This document shows positions 1 to 9,837 of a DNA stretch of 64,000 bases, in pieces. The translations under genes and the position numbers were made by a program. The DNA is taken from assembly GCA_018817165.1 (NCBI GenBank), contig JAHITY010000088.1:2866-66865 (forward strand), given 5' to 3'. The first letter of the stretch is position 1. Each line of letters begins with the position of its first letter. Origin of the DNA: Candidatus Omnitrophota bacterium (GTDB lineage: Bacteria > Omnitrophota > Gorgyraeia > B26-G9). The notes under the pieces are model-generated. The model had not been told where the DNA came from, searched no databases, and was given only the letters and a program-made list of their open reading frames with translations.

Positions 1-2384
1 CCCTTTTTGCTTAACTTCTTCCAGAAGTGTTCAAGAATATTTTCCATTGCCTGGCGACAATTTTTTAAAGCGTCTCTTCTGTTATCCTTTTGATAATCGC
101 GATCGGCCAATTCCAAATAATGCTTAGGATCAGAATAGTAAATTTTTACTCCGCGTTGTTTTATGATATCAGGAGGAATAAATTGAATATTAGAAACTAA
201 GTCGTTTCGCTTATTCTTATCAGAGGCAAGTTCAAGATTTTTGACAAATTCCTCTCCATGGCAAGTAATAATTTGTTGTTTATCCTTTAAATCTTCATGA
301 GAAAGCAATAATTCGATAATACCGCTTCTATGGTCATCATCAATAGCATTGACGATATCATCGAACACTAAAATTTCAAGACCTTCATTAACGGCTTTTG
401 AAAGTAGTAATACTAATCCAAGACATCTGATATGCCCTTCACTAAGAATTTGCAAAGCATCCAGCCGATTTTCGCTACCTAAAAAAAGTATTTCAATTTT
501 TTGTCCGCTTTCAGAGGGTAAAAATAATTCATTTATTTTTTCAAACTCTGGGTCTTGATAGTTAATAATATTGTAGAATTCAGCAGCCTTTGAAGCGATA
601 TTTTTTGAAATCATATATGGTAAGGAATCACGATATTTTTTCAAATCTACAATTATTTTAGCATATGATGTGCGAAATTGATTGTTACGTTCAATTTCTT
701 TATCAAGAACTTCAATTCTTTTAATTTCTACTTCATTTTGCTTTTTAAATTTATCGATCAATGCTTGAGAAGCATTAAGTGCCCCAACAATATCTTTCTC
801 TCGCGCTTCTATTGTGATAATTTCATCACGCAAACCCTTGAGCTTCTCAATTTCTTCATGCAGCTTACTATACTGTTCGCGTTTCGAAACGAGACTTAAG
901 TTGTAATCTTTTATTACTTTTTTTGTCTCTTTTATAAACGTTGAATGCTTCCGGATCTTTTCTATCTCAGCATTTGTGGAAGCAAGGAACATGTCGACTC
1001 TTTTAATTTCAAAGTTAGAAAGAGTTATCGTCGGCAGCAGATCTGCTTTCGGCTTTATTATATTATAAACAGTATTATAGCTTTGGATATAATCGTTCAT
1101 TGTTCTAGAGTTATCTAAAATGCTTTGAGCTAAAGAATGTATTTTCTCTTCAAGCTCCGCTAAAGATTTTAGTAGATTGTGTTGCTCATTAGCATTTTCA
1201 TATGGATTTTTGGTCACATTATTCAATGGTGTCAAACATGCCGGACAAATGGACTTGTCATAATCATCGCGGCCAGCAAGATCTTTTATCGAATTAAATA
1301 ACGCTTTAAATACAACATCCTTTCCTGCACTAACATATTTTTCTTGTATTTTCTTAAGGTCTTTAATACTTTTTTTAATGTGGGAAATTGAATCTCTGAC
1401 ATTCTGCGGTATTTTTTCATCAATATTATTTGGTATCTCTCTTCCCTTTTCATCTTGAAGTAAAGATATTTTTCCTTTTGTATCACTTTCATCATCAAGT
1501 AACTTCTTGAACTCTCTGATGTTTTTTATATTTGGGGTTCCTAGTTTTTTGATTAATTCAATCTCTTCGCTTTTGAGATTTTGAAGTTTGGTTTTTTCTT
1601 CCGCCAAAGTAGCAATATTTTGTTTATATTTCACTTGTTGTTCTTCAAAAGAAACTTTTAACGAATTGGTGGCTAATAAATGCTTGTCATCAAGAGTATC
1701 CGTAAAGTCTTCAACAAATGAATGGAATGCATCAAGACCGAAAAGAATGGAAATCCGAGCCTGCTGGTCTTTTGGGGTTGTGGCTGCCAGGCGAGCAAAT
1801 GAGTCAATTCTGTTTTTTTCTATGAAACAAAATCGGTAATTTTGAGATGAGGGTTGAACCAGATCCTCTTCTCCGTTATCAATGCTCCCATAAGCATTAG
1901 GTTTTTCCCAATTACCGGTATCAACATTCTGTAAATATTCTTGTATAGGAATTCTCTTAGCATCACACTCTTCAATTTCACCAAGTAACGCGTATTCAAG
2001 GCCTTCACAGAAACTGGATTTTCCAGATCCATTTGGCCCGCACATGTATGTATACTGCGTTTCAAACCGGAATGTTTCCTTTTGCCTAAACCCCCTGAAA
2101 GGACCAATCTCTAATCTTGTTATTTTAGAAACTCTTTTGTGATTACCAGACTCTTTCGAATGTACGGGAGAAACAAAAGGTTTGATGTCCTCACTAAACT
2201 TCTTGATTAGCTCTCCAATTCTTTTTGCCCTTTTACTTTGGGAACGTCCTAAAGGATAAAGTTCGTCTAAATTAGTTGCAATAAGATTTAGAAGCTTTTT
2301 ATCCGTATCGTTAAGTGTTTTATCTTGCTTTATACGTTCTAGCCAGAGATAAAACTCATTCTTTACAATAGCTGGTATGTTCAT
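1..2384 (-). CDS. Rad50/RloC-like ABC ATPase with coiled-coil zinc hook; 3'-truncated by the window edge (C-terminus lies beyond position 1). A candidate anticodon-nuclease or abortive-infection ATPase linked to the type I RM module
   Basis: Hand translation of the minus strand from the ATG at 2384 is open all the way to position 1. A Shine-Dalgarno AAGGAA sits 8 nt upstream, and the start lies 3 nt after the hsdS stop. Motifs seen: Walker A (LEIGPFRGF...YMCGPNGSGKSSF), a long K/E-rich coiled coil with a central CPAC zinc-hook-like motif (DYDKSICPACLTP), an ABC signature (LSEGH), Walker B (LEILVFDD), a D-loop and an H-loop-like ITCHG, followed by more than 100 further residues of extra C-terminal domain. 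The ORF track does not list it because it has no in-window stop; track ORFs 1286..1498 and 1820..2107 are out-of-frame pieces of it. Confidence 0.55.
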   Translation of the reverse strand, partial: MNIPAIVKNEFYLWLERIKQDKTLNDTDKKLLNLIATNLDELYPLGRSQSKRAKRIGELIKKFSEDIKPFVSPVHSKESGNHKRVSKITRLEIGPFRGFRQKETFRFETQYTYMCGPNGSGKSSFCEGLEYALLGEIEECDAKRIPIQEYLQNVDTGNWEKPNAYGSIDNGEEDLVQPSSQNYRFCFIEKNRIDSFARLAATTPKDQQARISILFGLDAFHSFVEDFTDTLDDKHLLATNSLKVSFEEQQVKYKQNIATLAEEKTKLQNLKSEEIELIKKLGTPNIKNIREFKKLLDDESDTKGKISLLQDEKGREIPNNIDEKIPQNVRDSISHIKKSIKDLKKIQEKYVSAGKDVVFKALFNSIKDLAGRDDYDKSICPACLTPLNNVTKNPYENANEQHNLLKSLAELEEKIHSLAQSILDNSRTMNDYIQSYNTVYNIIKPKADLLPTITLSNFEIKRVDMFLASTNAEIEKIRKHSTFIKETKKVIKDYNLSLVSKREQYSKLHEEIEKLKGLRDEIITIEAREKDIVGALNASQALIDKFKKQNEVEIKRIEVLDKEIERNNQFRTSYAKIIVDLKKYRDSLPYMISKNIASKAAEFYNIINYQDPEFEKINELFLPSESGQKIEILFLGSENRLDALQILSEGHIRCLGLVLLLSKAVNEGLEILVFDDIVNAIDDDHRSGIIELLLSHEDLKDKQQIITCHGEEFVKNLELASDKNKRNDLVSNIQFIPPDIIKQRGVKIYYSDPKHYLELADRDYQKDNRRDALKNCRQAMENILEHFWKKLSKK

Positions 2385-2387
2385 TAT

Positions 2388-3560
2388 TTAATTTCCTTTT
2401 ACTTTCAACTCTCCGCTCATCAGCTTTGGCAAAAGCGTATCTCGAAGTTTTTCAAGCGTAGAAATTTGATTTGCATTGTTCTTTAACTTAGGAAATATCT
2501 CTACCAATTGATAGTTTAATTTCTCAATTATTTTCATTGGTGGCATTTTCATTTCATATTCTTTAATTACATTAGCTTGTGCTCTTTGCCTCCCACTCGA
2601 GCCAGACATACTACTAATAGCAAAATCTCTAAAATCTTTATCCTTGGCTAAAATATATGAAATATATGGGTGAAATTGCTCTTTCATCCTTATCACAATA
2701 TATTCTGTCGATCCCCAACCAATTTCCTTATTATCTAAAAACGTCACAAAACAAGTTTTTCCATTTTCTAAGCATGGAGTAATCCTTGCTAAAAGAGTAT
2801 CTCCATTTTGAAATTTCATCCCTGATGTAAATTCTCGTTTATACCAACCCTCTGGATTAAAGGTTGAACTACTTACATTGCCCATTTCAAGGTATGTTGA
2901 GATATTTCCCTTCTTAAGCTGATATGTAGGATTTATATCCGCAATATCTTCAAGGCAACCATCCTCCCACTCCTCCTTAGCCTCTTCCACAAACCACTGC
3001 CTAAAAAGCGTTTCAGCTATTGATTCAAGGGTTTTATTTTGGCGGTGAAGTAAATCAATCTTATCATCCAAACTCGACAATACCCCGGCAATTGCTTTTT
3101 GTTCAGGAAGTGAGGGCAATATAATATCCAAATTTTCAATATCTGAAGGCTTTAATGATGGATATGTTGAAGTTGAAGCCTCAGCGATTATATCCAACTC
3201 CTCAACAATATCATCCGCCGACAAATAAAAATAAATAAACTTCGGGTCGGCTAAGTTTTTATTTGTTTCCAATACAACAAAACCTGTTGAAACAACTAAA
3301 TTTTCTTCTGGCTGAGCTACAAAACCATAATGACGTTGTATCGGTCTTACTGTTGAATAAACAATATCATCATGTTTTACTAGTCGTTTAGCCCTACTCG
3401 GAGCATCAATCAATTCAAGTTCCTGATACCCATCAATCTTTCCACAAGTAATGGAACCTGTATCTAAATATTTAATTACATTAAACTTATAGTCGCGACC
3501 AACACTCCGATTATTCGATGATATAACATCCCCCAACTTACATTCTTTCCAATCAGTCAT
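2388..3560 (-). CDS. hsdS: Type I restriction-modification specificity subunit HsdS
   Basis: Two target-recognition domains separated by the conserved central repeat (LPSLPEQKAIAGVLSSLDDKIDLLHRQNKTLESIAETLFRQWF). The conserved C-terminal repeat TLEKLRDTLLPKLMSGEL is present. Confidence 0.85.
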   Translation of the reverse strand: MTDWKECKLGDVISSNNRSVGRDYKFNVIKYLDTGSITCGKIDGYQELELIDAPSRAKRLVKHDDIVYSTVRPIQRHYGFVAQPEENLVVSTGFVVLETNKNLADPKFIYFYLSADDIVEELDIIAEASTSTYPSLKPSDIENLDIILPSLPEQKAIAGVLSSLDDKIDLLHRQNKTLESIAETLFRQWFVEEAKEEWEDGCLEDIADINPTYQLKKGNISTYLEMGNVSSSTFNPEGWYKREFTSGMKFQNGDTLLARITPCLENGKTCFVTFLDNKEIGWGSTEYIVIRMKEQFHPYISYILAKDKDFRDFAISSMSGSSGRQRAQANVIKEYEMKMPPMKIIEKLNYQLVEIFPKLKNNANQISTLEKLRDTLLPKLMSGELKVKGN

Positions 3561-3647
3561 TATTTACCATCCCACTCTAGTCTTAACTGATTAATTTCTT
3601 TCTCAGAAATGTCCAATTCTATTAAAATCTTTTGCATAATTTCTCTA

Positions 3648-3683
3648 CTTGTTCGGTTACTTATTCGGTTGCTTGTTCGGCAC
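3648..3683. repeat. Three tandem 12-bp direct repeats (cttgttcggtta / cttattcggttg / cttgttcggcac)
   Basis: Read directly from the sequence. They lie in the gene-remnant region between the ORF6N gene and hsdS. Confidence 0.6.
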
Positions 3684-3734
3684 ATTGGGTTTTAAATCCA
3701 ATTTTAGTCTCAAGTTTTACCTTTTTCTCAAAAT

Positions 3735-3953
3735 CTACATCTCTTTAGAGGAGATTTCCACTTTATAGGAAAGCTGCTTCCTGGTAATTTCAGGATGATT
3801 CCTTACCAATCGCAAGATCATTTCTTGGGTAGTTTCTTGGATAGCTTCTTGGGTAGTCTTTTGAGGGACATTCTTAAACCTTATCACAAAACTACCGTCT
3901 ATTACCTGATATTCAGGTAAAGGCAAGCCATCTGCTTTTAACAATTGATTCAT
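3735..3953 (-). pseudogene. Remnant of an AlbA_2/HATPase_c_4-type DNA-binding protein gene of the kind often inserted in type I RM loci
   Basis: The 72-aa ORF carries the characteristic segment GLPLPEYQVIDGSFVIRFKNVPQKTTQEAIQETTQE...ITRKQLS seen in the C-terminal HTH region of those proteins, but the rest of the gene is missing. A further 29-codon ORF (3561..3647) ends in a TAATG overlap with hsdS. Confidence 0.35.
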
Positions 3954-3957
3954 TATT

Positions 3958-4845
3958 TTACAATCTCTCTAATATTTTTAATGCCTGTTTACCAAACTTA
4001 GAAAATGCGAACATTTTCTTCCCCAAATCTTTTAATGATGCCCCAAAATGATAAACATCTTTATTATCAATAATTAAAAATCTGTCATGAGCATCTTTAA
4101 ATTCTTGAATAATAATTTCCGGATATTGCTCATTATGCTTTTTTAAATCCAAAGCAAGCTGTTTTGTTATAACCTTTGTAAAAATCCGCGCAGAAACACC
4201 TTTTTTGCGCTTAGTAAATAATGTCAGAACCGAATCATCAACATAATTATCAATCAGAATAATTGACTTTTTTGCCTTTCGTATAAGATCAGATACAAAT
4301 TTGTAAGCATCAAAAACTTGACCCTCAAAAAATATACCCTGTTTAGGCAATGCGTCTCCGCTCTCTAATGCCTTAAAAACCTGTTCAAATTTTTGATCTG
4401 TTATAATCTGATGTTCAAGCTGTTTTTTCTCCACTTCGTGTAACCTTTGGAATAATTGCCCATTAGACAAAATAAATTTACGCATCGCCACAAACGCGTT
4501 AATAATTTTAATACTAATTTTTACTGCTATATCACTCTTAAGAACTCCCGCGAGCATTGCAATGCCTTGTTCGTTAAAAACATACGGTAAATAACGTCGG
4601 CCACCCTTATTTCCCTTTGAGGTCACAAAATGTGACCTCAAACAATCATTCTCTTCTGTTGTCAGCTGAAACATAAATTCATCGGGAAAGCGTTCTTTAT
4701 TGCGTTTTACCGCTTGATTCAAAATCTTTGTTTCAACACCATAAAGTTCTGCCAAATCACTATCCAGCATAACCTGAACATCCCGCACCGTAAAAATCTT
4801 TCTTTCAACAGCTTCTAATTTAACTATCTCATTTTTCTCCATCAC
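3958..4845 (-). CDS. ORF6N (KilA-N-like) domain protein embedded between hsdM and hsdS
   Basis: The N-terminus IFTVRDVQVMLDSDLAELYGVETKILNQAVKRNKERFPDEFMFQLT is typical of the ORF6N domain. Its position between hsdM and hsdS is also typical. Confidence 0.6.
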   Translation of the reverse strand: MMEKNEIVKLEAVERKIFTVRDVQVMLDSDLAELYGVETKILNQAVKRNKERFPDEFMFQLTTEENDCLRSHFVTSKGNKGGRRYLPYVFNEQGIAMLAGVLKSDIAVKISIKIINAFVAMRKFILSNGQLFQRLHEVEKKQLEHQIITDQKFEQVFKALESGDALPKQGIFFEGQVFDAYKFVSDLIRKAKKSIILIDNYVDDSVLTLFTKRKKGVSARIFTKVITKQLALDLKKHNEQYPEIIIQEFKDAHDRFLIIDNKDVYHFGASLKDLGKKMFAFSKFGKQALKILERL

Positions 4846-4991
4846 TCTTCACCTATTTTAATTTATTCCTCACTTCATACACTGCTTCCGTTATAAGGTC
4901 ACATTTTGTGACCTTATAATGTTTCCAAACCTGCATTGGATTATGTATTTCTTTTTTAGATATCACAATTTGTGACTTCCAATCGTCCATT

Positions 4992-6560
4992 TCATCCTGA
5001 GTTAACTGAAGCCGCATTGACTTTAACTTTTTTCAAATTTTCTTTGATCAATGCGTTTAATTTTTCTTCTTCTTTCAGCTGTTCTTCAAATTCTTTTTTC
5101 AAAGCTGTAAACCGCTCATTAAAATCAAAATCATCTTCTTCATCCGGCAAACCAACATATCTACCTGGAGTCAGAACATAATCAAGTTCTCTAACTTTTT
5201 CTATGGATGTGGAATTACAAAACCCCTTTACATCCTCATAGTTACTTTCAGATTTACGCCAATTATGATAAGTTTGAGCTATATGTTTGATATCATCTGG
5301 TGAAAACTCCTTGGTTCTGCGATTGATCAAATGTCCCATATTGCGGGCATCAATAAACAGAATCTCATCAGTACGATTTCTATATCCGCCATTGGCTTTA
5401 TTTCTGCTTAAAAACCAAAGGCTTGCGGGAATCTGAGTATTTAAAAATAACTTTGCCGGAAGATTAACAATGCAGTCAACCAATCTGGCTTCAATCAAGG
5501 ATTTGCGGATATCACCTTCTCCTGAGGTTTTGGAGGTCAAAGAGCCTTTGGCCAAAACAAAACCCGCCATGCCTTTTGGACTCAGATGATATAAAAAGTG
5601 TTGTATCCAAGCATAATTAGCATTGCCGGGAGGCGGTGTGCCGAATTTCCAGCGGCCGTCATTACGTAGCAATTCACCACTCCAATCACTGTCATTAAAC
5701 GGAGGATTGGCAATCAAATAATCTGCTTTTAGATCTTTATGGCCATCATTTAAAAATGACCCTTCATTATTCCATTTAACTTGAGAGCTATCAATATTGC
5801 GAATTGCCAGATTCATTTTGGCCAAACGCCAGGTAGTTTGATTGCTTTCCTGTCCATAAATAGATAGATCATTTACTCTGCCTTGATGGCTGGATACAAA
5901 CTTTTCTGATTGAACAAACATACCTCCGGAACCGCAGCAAGGATCAAATACCCGGCCTTTGTGCGGCTCAAGCATTTCAACAAGTAATTCGACAACACTT
6001 CTCGGAGTATAAAACTGTCCGCCCTTTTTCCCTTCAGCCAGAGCAAATTCTCCCAAAAAATATTCAAATACATGCCCAAGAATATCAGCACTGCGGGCTT
6101 TGGCATCACCCAACGCAATTTTGCTAATCTCATCAATCAATCCACCAAGATTTGTCGGATCAAGATTGCCACGAGCGTATACCTTAGGCAATACGCCATT
6201 AAGCGATGGATTTTCCTTTTCAATGATATCCATTGCCGAGTCAACTATCTTACCAATAGTCGGCATTTTGGCATTAGAGCGCAAATGATTCCAACGAGCA
6301 ATTCCCGGAACAAAGAAAACATTTTCCGCTTTGTATTCATCTTTATCCTCTGGATCCGCGCCAGAATAACTCCCTTTACCAGCTACAAGTTTATCGTGCA
6401 ATTCTTCAAAAGTATCAGAGATATATTTTAAAAACATTAAGCCTAAAACTATATGTTTGTATTCAGCCGCGTCAATATTCTTTCTAAGCTTATCCGCGAC
6501 TTTCCAAAGCTGTTTTTCAATCGGCTCATCTTGAGTCTTGTTGTTTTTAACTTTTGCCAT
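4992..6560 (-). CDS. hsdM: Type I restriction-modification DNA methyltransferase subunit HsdM (N6-adenine)
   Basis: An N-terminal HsdM_N domain plus the motifs [17 protein letters not shown] and NPPF. Confidence 0.9.
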   Translation of the reverse strand: MAKVKNNKTQDEPIEKQLWKVADKLRKNIDAAEYKHIVLGLMFLKYISDTFEELHDKLVAGKGSYSGADPEDKDEYKAENVFFVPGIARWNHLRSNAKMPTIGKIVDSAMDIIEKENPSLNGVLPKVYARGNLDPTNLGGLIDEISKIALGDAKARSADILGHVFEYFLGEFALAEGKKGGQFYTPRSVVELLVEMLEPHKGRVFDPCCGSGGMFVQSEKFVSSHQGRVNDLSIYGQESNQTTWRLAKMNLAIRNIDSSQVKWNNEGSFLNDGHKDLKADYLIANPPFNDSDWSGELLRNDGRWKFGTPPPGNANYAWIQHFLYHLSPKGMAGFVLAKGSLTSKTSGEGDIRKSLIEARLVDCIVNLPAKLFLNTQIPASLWFLSRNKANGGYRNRTDEILFIDARNMGHLINRRTKEFSPDDIKHIAQTYHNWRKSESNYEDVKGFCNSTSIEKVRELDYVLTPGRYVGLPDEEDDFDFNERFTALKKEFEEQLKEEEKLNALIKENLKKVKVNAASVNSG

Positions 6561-6584
6561 GTTTTCTCCAAATTCTTATAATAA

Positions 6585-7277
6585 TTATAAAATTCCTTGA
6601 TCGCTAAAACTATAGAAACCCTCACTACCAATAATGATATGATCTATTAATTTAATTTGCATCAGTTTTGCAGCTTCACTTAATTCTTTGGTAAATTTTT
6701 CATCTTGAGGACTTGGCTTTATCCTAGCACTGGGATGATTATGCGCGCAAATTATTGATACCGCGAATTTCTGCAAAGCTCCATGGATAATTTCCCGCAC
6801 AATCGGCATGGCGTGATTTACTGTACCTATTGCCGCGTCTTCAATATCAATAATTCGATTATCACTATCAAGATAAACAACCTTGAAAATCTCAGTCTTT
6901 AAATCCCTCATTTGCGGCATAAGAACATCCACAAGCTCTTTTGCTGATTTTATTTTCTGTTTTCCGGCAACAAGTTCATCTTCACGGAACCGCCTACCAA
7001 TCTCAAGAGCCGCCTGAATATGGGCAAGCTTTGCGCTGCCCAAGCCTTTAAACTCTTTCCAATCCCGCGCGTCTGTTTGAGTCATATTGCGAAATGTGCT
7101 AAATTTTTTAAGAATATTACGAGCAAGGTCAATCGCACTGGTGCCTTTAGTTCCGGTGCGCAGAAGAATAGCCAAGAGCTCAGACTTACTCAAAGTTTTC
7201 GCCCCATTCTTAAGCAGCTTCTCTCTGGGCCGATCATCTACTGGCCAACTGATAATACCTTGCGATTTCTTTTTCAT
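6585..7277 (-). CDS. radC: RadC-family JAB/MPN domain protein (UPF0758)
   Basis: A helix-hairpin-helix N-terminus and a JAMM motif (CAHNHPSA...SPQD). Confidence 0.85.
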   Translation of the reverse strand: MKKKSQGIISWPVDDRPREKLLKNGAKTLSKSELLAILLRTGTKGTSAIDLARNILKKFSTFRNMTQTDARDWKEFKGLGSAKLAHIQAALEIGRRFREDELVAGKQKIKSAKELVDVLMPQMRDLKTEIFKVVYLDSDNRIIDIEDAAIGTVNHAMPIVREIIHGALQKFAVSIICAHNHPSARIKPSPQDEKFTKELSEAAKLMQIKLIDHIIIGSEGFYSFSDQGIL

Positions 7278-7583
7278 AACACACCCTTAAAAACAAAAAA
7301 CCGAAGGATGTTTATCCTTCAGCCCCTATTCCAGTTATAACAAATACAATTTGATTTTCATCACATTATTTGATCCCATATTTAGATAAATTCAAAAGCC
7401 AAAAATATTCTTCGCTCAATCCAATAGCCCATCTAGACAATTTCTAAATTATCTAATATTTTACTAGGAATTAAAAAAGATAATAATATGTAATAATTAT
7501 ACTACCCCCGTACTAGTTAAACAACCCCTAAAATTAATGGAGATATAAACTTGCTATATCTCTAAACCTATGGCTATATTGTA

Positions 7584-7913
7584 ATGACAGCAAAGGAGAT
7601 GATTATGGAACAGGCAAAACTCAGGGAAATTATGGGGCATAAAGATTATACATTATCAGAGCTAAAGGCCAAATATAAGGCCTTATATGGCCCAGAAAGC
7701 GCCACACCAAGCAATAAAGTCTACTTATGGCGCAAGATTGCCTATAAACTGCAGGAACTGGAACACGGCGGGCTTTCCAGCCAAGCCCAGGGCAAAATTG
7801 AGGAGTTTATCGAGAAATATGACCCAGTTAACAATAAATTTAAAGATTATAAGATATCCAAATATTCAGATATTTTATCTAAAATTTCCTTAAAAGGAAT
7901 CTGCCCCTTATAA
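7584..7913 (+). CDS. DUF2924-like small protein, typical of integrative-element cargo. The true start is probably the ATG at 7605, preceded by AAGGAG.
   Basis: The sequence LREIMGHKDYTLSELKAKYKALYG...LWRKIAYKLQELEHGGLS matches the DUF2924 pattern. The ORF converges with AbiEii and overlaps it by 67 nt. Confidence 0.45.
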   Translation: MTAKEMIMEQAKLREIMGHKDYTLSELKAKYKALYGPESATPSNKVYLWRKIAYKLQELEHGGLSSQAQGKIEEFIEKYDPVNNKFKDYKISKYSDILSKISLKGICPL

Positions 7914-8794
7914 TATAAAGCCGACGTATTATTATATTCTCTTTCAAAAAGCTTTCTTGTTTTAACATTTTCTAACAATAAAGCTTCCTGTTTTAGAACA
8001 GGAAGTTCCTTATCTTTATCAGGAAATCGACACTCTTTATGATCTAGATATTCTTGTGTTCCAATAAAGTCCTGAACTGTCTCAACATTTAAAAGGCAAG
8101 CAAGATCATAATAATGTCGAATGAAATTTGGAGACAGTTGCCCACTTTCTTGAAATTGACGAAATTTTGTTAAAACTGTTTGCATTTTTTCAACGAATGT
8201 ATACCCAGGATGATAGCATTTTACATCGCAAGCTTTATTATCTAAAACTTCCATATTATTTTTTTGAGCAAAATCAAGAGCCCAAGAACTAATTATCAAA
8301 GGAGTATTGGGAGCAACATTATCAAAACCAACTTCAAGCAAAATCCCCTCTTTTACCCCATCGGCAAATGTAAACGTATTTTTATAGTAAAGCCGAATTC
8401 CTCCACTTCTGTATTTTTTATCATCAAAATCAGTATCACGCTCTACTCTATCTATTCCCTCAATTTGGATATTATTCGCAAGCCAATCATAGTAATTTTT
8501 ACGGCTTTCACAATGCTTTGGTTTATCATGATTTCTTCCAGTCTTAACATTCATCTGCGCAGGTGGTTCGATACGAATATCTATATCTTCGGAAAAACGA
8601 TGAATTATTCCATAGCCCTTAGAAAGTGATGTGCCGCCTTTTAATTCAAATAAGAATTCATTTTTCTGCAATCCATATAACACATGCATTATCCAATAAT
8701 CCTTTTCCACAAGACTACTCTCTATATTATGCTGATGTTCTACGGCTCGCAAAAGTTCTTTAAATTCATGATGGTTATGCAAATAATCAGGCAT
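7847..8794 (-). CDS. abiEii: AbiEii/AbiGii-family nucleotidyltransferase toxin of a type IV toxin-antitoxin / abortive-infection system (DUF1814)
   Basis: Carries the nucleotidyltransferase motif LKGGTSLSKGYGIIHRFSEDIDI. Confidence 0.8.
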   Translation of the reverse strand: MPDYLHNHHEFKELLRAVEHQHNIESSLVEKDYWIMHVLYGLQKNEFLFELKGGTSLSKGYGIIHRFSEDIDIRIEPPAQMNVKTGRNHDKPKHCESRKNYYDWLANNIQIEGIDRVERDTDFDDKKYRSGGIRLYYKNTFTFADGVKEGILLEVGFDNVAPNTPLIISSWALDFAQKNNMEVLDNKACDVKCYHPGYTFVEKMQTVLTKFRQFQESGQLSPNFIRHYYDLACLLNVETVQDFIGTQEYLDHKECRFPDKDKELPVLKQEALLLENVKTRKLFEREYNNTSALYYKGQIPFKEILDKISEYLDIL

Positions 8795-9380
8795 ACATTA
8801 AAGACTCCTCTGTTATCCATTTATTAAATAGAGTTTTTGTTCTTTCTCCCGCATAAGAATTGAAAACTTTTTTCATCTTTGATTTCGATCCTCTCAAAAC
8901 ATTTTCTTTAACACTTTTAAGAACATCCTCTCTATTTTCTGCTAGCTCATTTAAATTATTCAACAAATCAACCAATAAAAACTCTTTAGAGAGATGTTTA
9001 GGAAATTTATACTTTAAATGAAAATAAAACAACTTTCCTCCAAGCATGAATTGTCCATGGCGTTTATAATTATAAACAACCCTCTTATTATACAGTTGTG
9101 TTGTTCCCACGCCCAATGAATTATATAAATTAGGAGTAGTTAAAAGGAAATCTTTACTTTTTAAAAAAACCTGCACAAGTTTTTCATCCTCTGGAGGAAC
9201 ATTCCCAAAGGATGCTTTCATGGGATAATAATACAATCCCTGCGATACTTTCTGCAAAACCTTTTCTTTTACTAATTGCTTTAAGTGTCTATCAACAGCA
9301 TTAGACCATTGCGCTAGATCACTCCTACGATAAACCCGTCCTGGTTTCAGATTCTTTTTTAACTCTTTAATTGCCTTCAT
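8787..9380 (-). CDS. abiEi: AbiEi-family antitoxin / transcriptional regulator
   Basis: A winged-HTH-like N-terminus (RVYRRSDLAQWSNAVDRHLKQLVKEKVLQKV). It overlaps the downstream AbiEii gene by 8 nt. Confidence 0.6.
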   Translation of the reverse strand: MKAIKELKKNLKPGRVYRRSDLAQWSNAVDRHLKQLVKEKVLQKVSQGLYYYPMKASFGNVPPEDEKLVQVFLKSKDFLLTTPNLYNSLGVGTTQLYNKRVVYNYKRHGQFMLGGKLFYFHLKYKFPKHLSKEFLLVDLLNNLNELAENREDVLKSVKENVLRGSKSKMKKVFNSYAGERTKTLFNKWITEESLMYA

Positions 9381-9837
9381 TTTCTCTCACCTCACACTAC
9401 AAGTATACAGTCTTATTTATTATATTGCAAGTTTTTTAATTTAAATTTCATGCACTTTATTGACTTAAAAACAGTTTAATTATAGAACACATCAACTATA
9501 TTTAACTCTCAATTAATCATCATTAACGCAACATTAAGATATAATTATAGTTACAGCAAACACAAAAATTAACCAGTTGCATATCCTTTTACTTGAGAGA
9601 TAAAAAACAGAGAATTTCTAGTTAATGCTTCAAATCTCACCCATTAATCTTAACAATATCCGCCATAAATTCATTTACTAAAACTGATTCGCGAATCGCG
9701 ATATTAGAGATAAAGAGATACTAAAAAAAGCAGAAATTAGAACATAGGGTTTAGGGATTAGGCCTCCCCAGATAAAAGCAGATTATTTAGATAGCAGACA
9801 ATAAATATAAGTCATAACTCTTTGATGTGTTTGCAGA

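Noticed and set aside
349-2107. Track ORFs 349..558(+), 678..899(+), 1286..1498(-), 1588..1839(+) and 1820..2107(-)
   Set aside because: All lie inside the long minus-strand ATPase reading frame found by hand translation, either antisense or out of frame. They are AT-rich chance ORFs.
1-2384. SbcC (the SbcCD nuclease ATPase) as the identity of the coiled-coil ATPase
   Set aside because: No SbcD phosphoesterase gene is adjacent. The protein continues more than 100 aa beyond the Walker B and H-loop, where SbcC ends. The RM or defence context favours an RloC-like module.
3648-3683. CRISPR array
   Set aside because: There are only three 12-bp tandem units with no spacers, and nothing CRISPR-like exists elsewhere in the window.
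7278-7330. Hairpin gaaggat-gttt-atccttc with a T-run on the minus strand just upstream of the radC start, as a radC terminator
   Set aside because: It lies 5' of radC rather than 3' of a gene. It may instead terminate read-through from the AbiE unit, so its role is unclear and it is not called as a feature.
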